From Octopus sinensis (Eukaryota): DNA of 64,000 nt. The notes beneath the pieces were generated by a model. The model did no database searches, had not been told where the DNA came from, and worked only from the letters and a program-made list of their open reading frames with translations. Below, in pieces: positions 55,075 through 64,000 of this stretch; within the stretch, counting starts at the first letter, position 1, and each line of letters opens with the position of its first letter. Both the position numbers and the translations under genes were made by a program. The stretch lies in NCBI RefSeq assembly GCF_006345805.1, contig NC_043001.1:36270001-36334000 (forward strand), in the 5' to 3' direction.

Positions 55075-55312
55075 CGGCGGCGAGCTGGCAGACACGTTAG
55101 CACGCCGGGCGAAATGCGTAGCCGTATTTCGTCTGCCATTACGTTCTGAGTTCAAATTCCGCCAAGGTCGACTTTGCCTTTTATCCTTTCGGGGTCGATA
55201 AATTAAGTACCAGTTACGCACTGGGGTCGATATAATCGACTTAACGGATTAACGTTTGTCTGTCCTTGTTTGTCCTCTCATTGTTTAGCCCCTTGTGGGT
55301 AGTAAAGAAATT
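55075..55312 (+). mobile_element. SINE family B
   Basis: Sequence match. Confidence 0.85.
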
Positions 55313-55565
55313 ATTGTCAGCTCACAATAATAACAACAAAAATAACAGTCACAACAAAATAATAAGAATAACAATACTTTCAAAATTTGGACCAAAACCA
55401 GCAGTTTATTGAAAATGCAGAATGCTTGTTCCAACTTTCCAAATTACTATTGATTTTAAAAATCAACTGCAAATTCGAATAATATAATATTTTAATTTCT
55501 GAATGCGTAAACATTTTAAAGGAAAATAAACAATAGACACTCATGGTTTCGAGAAATATTGTTGA

Positions 55566-55950
55566 CTAGCAGAATCGCCCGGCGTTGCTCGGGTTTGTAA
55601 GGGAAATAACTATAAAGCATTCTTAGAGAGTTATAGCCAAAAAATAGCAAAAAAATGGGAAAAAAATGATGGTAAGTTTTTTTTTGAGAGTTGAAAAGGT
55701 CGAGTTCCGTCCCCTAGACAGTCTGTCGTTTGTGTTTCTGATTGTCGACCCCATGTCGAATTTATCGATCTTTTTCAGAACTGGGGGAACTTTTCAAAAT
55801 TTTCGCTGCGTTAGTTTTGAATTATGACATTGGGCTATGTGTGTGTCAAGTTTCATCAGAATCGGTTGAAAGCCGTGGTCAGGGTGAGGGTACAACCTAA
55901 CAGACACACAGACACGCACACAGACAAACTGCCGTTTATATATAGAGAGA
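55566..55950 (-). mobile_element. Complete non-autonomous Helitron
   Basis: Minus strand A|TCTCTCTATATATAAACGG...CCCGAGCAACGCCGGG...CTAG|T. The 3' ~70 bp are shared with 39508-40020. Confidence 0.85.
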
Positions 55951-56470
55951 TTTAATGTTAAACATATCTAATCTAAGTACCTGCGATTCCCATTTCGTCT
56001 GGCATGTCCAATATATCTTTTTCACCCCGTTTTAAATTCAGTAAATTATGATTTGATGAAATCAAGCTGCTATTTCTAGCACCCAATGTGATCACTTACA
56101 GATTTTTCTCACTGTTCGTGTGTCCTCCAAACAAACATTAAATTCGTTGCCGATACTGCTCTGTCAACAGGGTTGGTTCGTTAGCAGCGAAGACAGTTCA
56201 AACAGAAATCTGTCAACAGTTCAGGAGTGGGTTGTGTGGAGATGGTTAAATAAAACGAATGCGTAGAGAAATGAAATGAGATGAAAATAAAAACAAAACG
56301 CCAGAAATGAGATTAATTACCGTAAAATTTTGTGGCCGTATGTGACGTGATTGCTGTATATATTTTTTGTGCTTGAGGAAATAGAGGTGGGAGGAAAGAC
56401 AAAGAGGAAGATATACACATGTTAAGAAAAAAGTGTATCCATTTATGAAGTTCATATATATAGCCTTTCA

Positions 56471-56910
56471 GGGCGGCGAGCTGGCAGAAACGTTAGCGCG
56501 CCGGGCGAAATGCGTAGCGGTATTTCGTCCGTTCGGGGTCGATAAATTAAGTACCAGTTACGCACTGGGGTCGATGTAATCGACTTAATACCTATGTCTG
56601 TCGTTGTTTGTCCCCTCTGTGTTTAGCCCCCTTGTGGGTAATAAAGAAATAGGTATTTCGTCTGCCGTTACGTTCTGTCCTTGTTGGTCCCCTCTCTGTG
56701 TAGCCCCCTCCGGGTAGTAATGAAATAGATATTTCGTCTGCCGTTACGTTCTGAGTTCAAATTCCGCCGAGGTCGACTTCGCCTTTCATTCTTTCGGTGT
56801 CGATTAAATAAGTACCAGTTACGCACTGGGGTCGATATAATCGACTTAATCCGTTTGTCTGTCCTTGTTTGCCCTTTCTATGTTTAGCCCCTTGTGAGTA
56901 GTAAAGAAAT
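56471..56910 (+). mobile_element. SINE family B multimer
   Basis: Sequence match with repeated tail units. Confidence 0.85.
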
Positions 56911-57036
56911 ACATATAAATAGCCTTTCCTCTTTTTTCTCTCTTCATCTCTTTCCTTTTTATCTCTCTCGCCCTCTGCTGTTTAGAGCCTTTCTTATTTT
57001 GACATTAAAATTTTATTAACATTATGATAGAATATT

Positions 57037-57259
57037 CTCTTACTCTTTTACTCGTTTCAGCCATTTGACTGTGGCCATGCTGGAGCACCGCATTTAGTCG
57101 AGCAAATCGACCCCAGGACTTATTCTTTGTAAGCCTTGTACTTATTCTATCGGTCTTTTTTTCGCCGAACTGCTAAGTTACGGGGACGTAAACACACTTG
57201 CATCGGTTGTGAAGCGATATTGGAGGAGAGGGGCAAGCACAGACACACAAACACACACG

Positions 57260-57318
<59 letters not shown>

Positions 57319-57499
57319 GTATATATACATATATACGACGGGCTTCTTTCAGTTTCCGTATATCAAATCCACTGACAAGGCTTTGGTCGGCCCGAGGCTA
57401 TAGTAGAAGACACTTGCTCAAGGGGCCACACAGTGGGACTGAACCCGGAACCATGTGGTTAGTAAGCAAGCTATTTACCACACAACCACTCCTGCGCCT
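57037..57499 (-). mobile_element. SINE family A, full length
   Basis: Sequence match. Confidence 0.9.
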
Positions 57500-58312
57500 A
57501 TATATAAGAAAAAAGATATAAAAAATAATTAAAACAAATAATTAAAATAAATATATATCCAATCATTTGTTCCGACTCATATCCACTATCGGATGTATTA
57601 AAATTTACATTGAGGCATATGAGTCTCCCCAAGGTAATATTTAAAAAAAAAAAAAGGACAAAGATTTCATGCAAGGACTGCTAAATCATAAAATAGACTG
57701 ATTTAAAATATACCTATGTTTACAAGCCTGAGCGTTAATAATTCAAAATATAATAAATATTAAAAAAAAAAAAATTCAAATAGATAAAATAAAGTAATGA
57801 AGACAATTACAACGGTCATAAAATGTTCTTATGTATCACCAATAATATTAATCTAAAGATATTTTAATCTAAAATAATCGCTGCCCATTTTAGTATATAA
57901 GCTCTTTATAATATGCTAAGAATTTATGGTGGAGTAAGAAATACATTTTATTTAAAATTTCTATATACTATGATGAAGAAAAAATAAGTAAGGATATATT
58001 TTATTCAGGCATCAAATTCCGCCGAGGTCGACTTTGCCTTTCATCCTTTCGGGGTCGATAAATTAAGTACCAGTTACGCACTGGGATCGATGCAATCGAC
58101 TCAATCAGTTTGTCTGTCCTTGTTTGTCCCCTCTGTGTTCAGCCCCTTGTGAAATAGATATATTTTATTTAGACATTAAAAAAACTTTTAAAAATTCATT
58201 GAAAAACTTTTAATCAGCGATTCAAAAGTTTCTACTAAATACGCCGATGTTAAACAAATGTATAAAGTTACGATTATTGTAAACTATACTATTTCTTACA
58301 TAAAAATGATAA

Positions 58313-58628
58313 TCTATATATATAAAACTCAACTTGTGTGTCAGTGTGTGTATCTGTGTGTGTGTGTCTGTGTGTTTAACTTCCCGGCACATCTCTTCCT
58401 AGCCAACAAATCGTAGAACCACCAAAAATGTGTCACTTAAAGTTTAGGCGAATGAAAATTGAACTGCGCTATTTCTGTTCCGAAATTCATCTCGCAAGTG
58501 CAAAAATCGATAATGTGTTTGTTTAGGCCTTATCCCATGCATTGAATAGTGAACTTTACTCAGTCAGCTGTTTGACATGAACTGTGTTCACCACGCGTGC
58601 AAGCATGAGTAAATTGCATGAAAAATAA
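58313..58628 (+). mobile_element. Helitron-like 5' fragment
   Basis: A|TCTATATATATAAAACT...(TG)-rich start like 39508. Confidence 0.55.
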
Positions 58629-58832
58629 TATATATATATATATATAGTAAGCAATAAAGGGTTTAGCAACGAATTGCATTACCACATACCGAATTTAGAA
58701 ATAGCAGTCAAAGAGTTATAGCTATTTCTTCTACTAAAAAGGGAGATCTCAGTAAAAACAGCAATTGGAAGGCAGACACAAACAGGTAAGAGAGAATGAA
58801 TTGACGGCAATCTATCATACAATTTTAAGTTA

Positions 58833-58932
58833 TCTACGGACGCACGTTTCGAAATCAAGTTTTTAGGAAAGCATAAGAATTAAATATTAAATAATTCTAC
58901 CTTACCAAAACTTCTTTTCTCTTCAGCGTAGA
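58833..58932 (-). ncRNA. Canonical type I hammerhead ribozyme, array copy 1
   Basis: TCTACG CTGAAGA GAAA...long stem II...TTTC GAAA CGTGCG TC CGTAGA. Confidence 0.9.
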
Positions 58933-59425
58933 ATACTATAATCATAAATGATTATATATTGAATTTTGAGATACTAGAAGGCACCAACTCAACTCAGTAT
59001 CAGAGCGAGCTAGAATCCGCAACTAGTATCCCCAAATTCAATTTGTGAATGAAAAGATTGTGTCACCAGCCCCCTCCCACCCGCGTGTAGCCAAAACAAG
59101 ATGCTGTGGTCATCTACTGAGATAAAATATGGTTATCCGTAATAATGAAGGGTGAAATTAATTAATTTGGAATAATTATCAATTACACCAAGTAGTCTTC
59201 GGCATGTAAAAGCCTCATTCGAGGAAAATTTAAGTAATACTAAGCAATAAAGGGTTTAGCAACGAATTGCCTTACCACATACCGAATTTAGAAATAGCAG
59301 TCAAAGAGTTATAGCTATTTCTTCTACTAAAAAGGGAGATCTCAGTAAAAACAGCAATTGGAAGGCAGACACAAACAGGTAAGAGAGAATGAATTGACGG
59401 CAATCTATCATACAATTTTAAGTTA

Positions 59426-59524
59426 TCTACGGACGCACGTTTCGAAATCAAGTTTTTAGGAAAGCATAAGAATAAATATTAAATAATTCTACCTTACCCA
59501 AACTTCTTTTCTCTTCAGCGTAGA
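59426..59524 (-). ncRNA. Canonical type I hammerhead ribozyme, array copy 2
   Basis: Same as copy 1. Differences are only in distal stem II. Confidence 0.9.
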
Positions 59525-60017
59525 ATACTATAATCATAAATGATTATATATTGAATTTTGAGATACTAGAAGGCACCAACTCAACTCAGTATCAGAGCGA
59601 GCTAGAATCCGCAACTAGTATCCCCAAATTCAATTTGTGAATGAAAAGATTGTGTCACCAGCCCCCTCCCACCCGCGTGTAGCCAAAACAAGATGCTGTG
59701 GTCATCTACTGAGATAAAATATGGTTATCCGTAATAATGAAGGGTGAAATTAATTAATTTGGAATAATTATCAATTACACCAAGTAGTCTTCGGCATGTA
59801 AAAGCCTCATTCGAGGAAAATTTAAGTAATACTAAGCAATAAAGGGTTTAGCAACGAATTGCCTTACCACATACCGAATTTAGAAATAGCAGTCAAAGAG
59901 TTATAGCTATTTCTTCTACTAAAAAGGGAGATCTCAGTAAAAACAGCAATTGGAAGGCAGACACAAACAGGTAAGAGAGAATGAATTGACGGCAATCTAT
60001 CATACAATTTTAAGTTA

Positions 60018-60117
60018 TCTACGGACGCACGTTTCGAAATCAAGTTTTTAGGAAAGCATAAGAATTAAATATTAAATAATTCTACCTTACCAAAACTTCT
60101 TTTCTCTTCAGCGTAGA
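60018..60117 (-). ncRNA. Canonical type I hammerhead ribozyme, array copy 3
   Basis: Same as copy 1. Confidence 0.9.
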
Positions 60118-60141
60118 ATACTATAATCATAAATGATTATA

Positions 60142-60529
60142 TATATATATAAAGCTGAAGTTGTCTGTGTGTGGCAGGTTTGATAGCCTTTAACTAACAC
60201 TATCTCCTCCAAGACCTTGCGGCGCAAGTTGACCAAAATTGAGAGTATGATAGAAGAAAGCTTGTTCTTCATTCTCTAGAAGAAAAAGTTCAAATCGGAG
60301 CATGTTAGGACCAAAAATTATTTACATGAAAGAGGTGCTTTTTTTCTAAGGAAATCTCAATTTTTTATGATTTTTTGACTGCTGTGTCACCATTTTTTGG
60401 TGTATTTAAACCAGTAAAATGTTCACTTAAAGAGAATAACAAGCTACATAGTGCAAAATTTTTAATTTTCAAAAATTCCATTTCTAAAGGATCGAAATAA
60501 AACCGAACAATGCCGGGCGATACTGCTAG
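60142..60529 (+). mobile_element. Non-autonomous Helitron
   Basis: TATATATAAAGCTGAAGTTGTCTGTGTG start (the TC is merged into the TA run). Ends CCGAACAATGCCGGGCGATACTGCTAG|T. Confidence 0.75.
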
Positions 60530-60566
60530 TAATATATAAATAAATACTGTATCAGAATTTTACTTA

Positions 60567-61101
60567 GTACTTAATTTATAGATCCTGAAAGGATGAAAGG
60601 CAAAGTTGATCTCGGTGAAATTTGAACTCAGAACGTAACGGCAGACGAAATACCGCTAAGCATTTCGCCCGGCGTGCTAACGATTCTTATTTCTTTATTG
60701 CCCACAAGGGGCTAAACATAGAGGTGACACACAAGGACAGACAAACGGATTAAGTCGATTACATCGACTCCAGTGTGTAACTGGTACTTATTTAATCGAC
60801 CCTGAAAGGATGAAAGGCAAATTCGACCTCGGCGGAATTTGAACTCAGAACGTAACGGCAGACGAAATACCTATTTCTTTACTACTCACAAGGAGCTAAA
60901 CACAGACAGGACAAACAAGGACAGACAAACGGATTAAGTCGATTACATCGACTCCAGTGCGTAACTGGTACTTATTTAATCGACCCCGAAAGGATGAAAA
61001 GCAAAGTCGACTTCGGCGAAATTTGAACTTAGAACGTAGCAGCAGACGAAATACCGCTAATCATTTCGCTCGTAGTGCTAACGTTTCTGCAGCTCGCCGC
61101 C
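60567..61101 (-). mobile_element. SINE family B trimer
   Basis: Three repeats of the B-box-containing unit. Confidence 0.85.
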
Positions 61102-61858
61102 TAGCTCATATTGATAATATTGTCATCCTCTAGAAATTAATGTGAGAGCGAGAAAGTTGATAGTCAACAGATATATATTACTCTTGACTGACTTCTCTAG
61201 CCATTAATAGACACAAGATATAACTCATGACATAGAAAATATGGCTCGACAGCACTCGAAAGTATAGATAGATAACGTCATAATATTAACGTAGATATCG
61301 AATATAATAAAGTGAAATATAATTAAAATTTTCTTCTGAATATATTATTAGATGGAAAATTATCGAACATTTATTTCAGGCATATTTATTTATTCTTCAT
61401 ATCTTCTGATTTCTTATATACATCAAATGGTGATTATATTCTGTTGGTTATAATGTAATGTATCATTCCTCCGTTCATTTGTCTATAATTAGCAATGTAT
61501 ATACCTGCCAAGGTTTGTACGCACCTCTTTTACTCCAAGCTTTATTTGTACAGTTTTATAGTCAACATTTGCCCACAGATTAATCAAATAATGTAAACTC
61601 TATTATCATATAAAAATATATATGATTATTGTCATTTCCTTGAATCACCGCAATGTATCCAAATGGTATAATTGTTAAAAAAAACCCAGTGCACTTGAGA
61701 ATTTCATCAATATATAAGATGAAACCAGTAAATGAAACTGGAGAAAGATATTGTATTATGTTACATGGTATGTTCTAAGATACTTCGAGCAAGTTTACTT
61801 TTTTCAAATAGCAGACAGAAAATAAAAAAAGTTTCGAAGAAATTATTTGTTACGACAG

Positions 61859-61994
<136 letters not shown>

Positions 61995-62013
61995 TGTATG
62001 TATGTATGTATGT

Positions 62014-62044
<31 letters not shown>

Positions 62045-64000
62045 TATATAGTTTTATCAGTTAGATTTGTGTTACAAAAAAATTTGAAGAAGTATGTCCG
62101 CAGTCTAGTCTGCAATCCATTAATGTTTTCGGAAAAGTATGAATATCATAGCCTACATTTGCCTTTTCATTTTATCCCTTTTAATAATGCTCGATTCTCA
62201 ACATTGACCCTCGTCTTTATCTGAGCTAGTACTTGTTCATGTATTTCATAAATATGCTTAGAGCATTTTTGTATCATCATGTAATTAACAATTGTGTGTT
62301 GGCCTGGTAAAATTCACGCGTACTACGTGTTGAAGCATATTTCCCAACAGATTTCATATATCTTGCTTGTACTTTCACTCCTGCCTTTTTTTCTCACAAA
62401 ATACACCAACTACTATTTGTACATGAGATCTTATTTTTGATAACATAGATATATCATTACCTTATCATTGATGATCACCCTATCAAATAAAATTTTGTTT
62501 CAATCATAGCAAGAAAAATGACATTTTGTGGGGCCGGCGATACAGGCAGGATTATACGAAAAGTTATCCTCACCCTGAGGGATATGTCCAGACTATAATG
62601 TTTGTTCCAGATTTACCTTCGTCAATGACAGTGGTATTAAACTGAACCACGGAATTTTTTCTGCAGTCCAAGAACAAAAATAGAACTTTCGATGTATAAT
62701 GAGACTAATTTAATGTAGAGAATGTAACAACGTGTCTACATCGTTTAGCAGAAGAAAAGACAAAATGTCGGAAAACTTCTGGAAAATACAGCGAAAGCGT
62801 TGTTCTTTTAATATACATGCATACATACACGCACGCACACACACATACACCGTATCATTTTGTGATAAGATACATAAACAATATCTCATTATTTGTGGGA
62901 CGAATTATTCTCAAACAAAATATCGAGATATTGTATGACAAAATATACACATGTATCAGGATTTTTCAAAAGGAATTATAACACACACACACAACACACA
63001 CACACACACACACACACACAACATAACACAACACAACACAACAACCGCAACAACAACCGCAACAACAACCGCAACAGCATAAATCGTCTGGATGAACAAA
63101 AGAAAAAATTTAATGCAGCCAAAATACTACACGGACATTATTTATATGTCAAGAAATTGTTCGCTAAAAGTTTGTAATGTAATCTAATTCGTTGTAAAGA
63201 TATCTTATGGCTGAATTTTCTAATGCTGTCGTTTTGGGGATATTGAGAAAATTAGTTGCTATTTGAATATCAGTAATATAGAAAATAAAACTAACAATTT
63301 GTCAGGAAAAAAAAATTGAGAGATAAAAAAATAAATTATTTTTTCAATTACAGAATGAAAATTTAAATTGCTATTCTTGGAAGAAATTTCAAACGAAGCT
63401 TTATTGTATTATTGCTTCCACCATTTCCTTGGCACTCATCTACATTTTCATTTTATTTACATTTTGCTTAAGTATTTCTGTGCCATTTCCATTGCTTCTT
63501 TCTGTATGTCTGTATATGAATGTTTACTACTGGTTATCTCTCTCTCTTTCTTTCTCTCCTTCCCTCCTTTCTCTTTCTCATAGATATATGTGTGTGTGGG
63601 TCTCTGTGCGCGCGCCGTATGTTTGTGTATGTGTTTAGGTGTGTGTATGTCAAAATCCATATATATATATATATATATATATAGATTTACATGTGTGTGT
63701 GGGTGTGGGTGTGTACACAAAAATTTACCTGCACACGATTTCTTTCACATTCGTACATATACAGACATATATACAAATGCATATATAAGTATGTATGTGT
63801 GTATGTGTGTGTATACATAGTATATACGTACAATATACGTATACACATAGACCCACATATACAAACTCACAGATACACACACGTATATATGTATATATAC
63901 ATATACATACACCTTAACATATATCTCTATGCAACTGTGTATATGTGTCTTCGTTTCTGTCTTTATCTATGAACCACCTTTCATTTAATCGCAATAATTT

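Larger units (their letters stand above)
58648..60143 (-). mobile_element. Tandem array of 2.5 x 592/593-bp HHR-bearing monomers (retrozyme / Penelope pseudo-LTR-like)
   Basis: TAAGCAATAAAGGG at 58648, 59241 and 59833. Only ~3 differences seen between copies. No ORF; (TA)n on both sides. Confidence 0.9.

Noticed and set aside
58648-60143. CRISPR-like or simple-satellite reading of the tandem array
   Set aside because: Units are identical over their whole length, with no spacers. The ribozyme fold explains the array better.

Overview
AT-rich, repeat-saturated eukaryotic DNA with no recognisable host-gene exon. The very high (TA)n/(TACA)n/(TAA)n content and the tRNA-derived SINE families resemble an octopus (cephalopod) genome; this is inferred from repeat content only. 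Most ORFs in the track are microsatellite artefacts. Recognisable elements are three or four SINE families, degraded LINEs (CR1-like, RTE, R4/Dong-like, and a TACA-embedded family), mariner/Tc1, piggyBac and hAT remnants, a pogo/Tc2-type MITE and non-autonomous Helitrons. The standout signal is about 18 type I hammerhead-ribozyme (HHR) folds, found by eye, about half of them intact. They belong to several divergent non-coding families that sit in (TA)n tracts as tandem or inverted copies, like Penelope pseudo-LTRs or retrozymes. The best case is a near-identical 592/593-bp tandem array (58648-60143) with three canonical HHRs on the minus strand, which could release unit-length, possibly circular, RNAs. 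An inverted HHR pair at 39.1-39.4 kb shows compensatory base-pair changes. Coordinates were read by hand and may be off by a few bases. No folding or database search was run.
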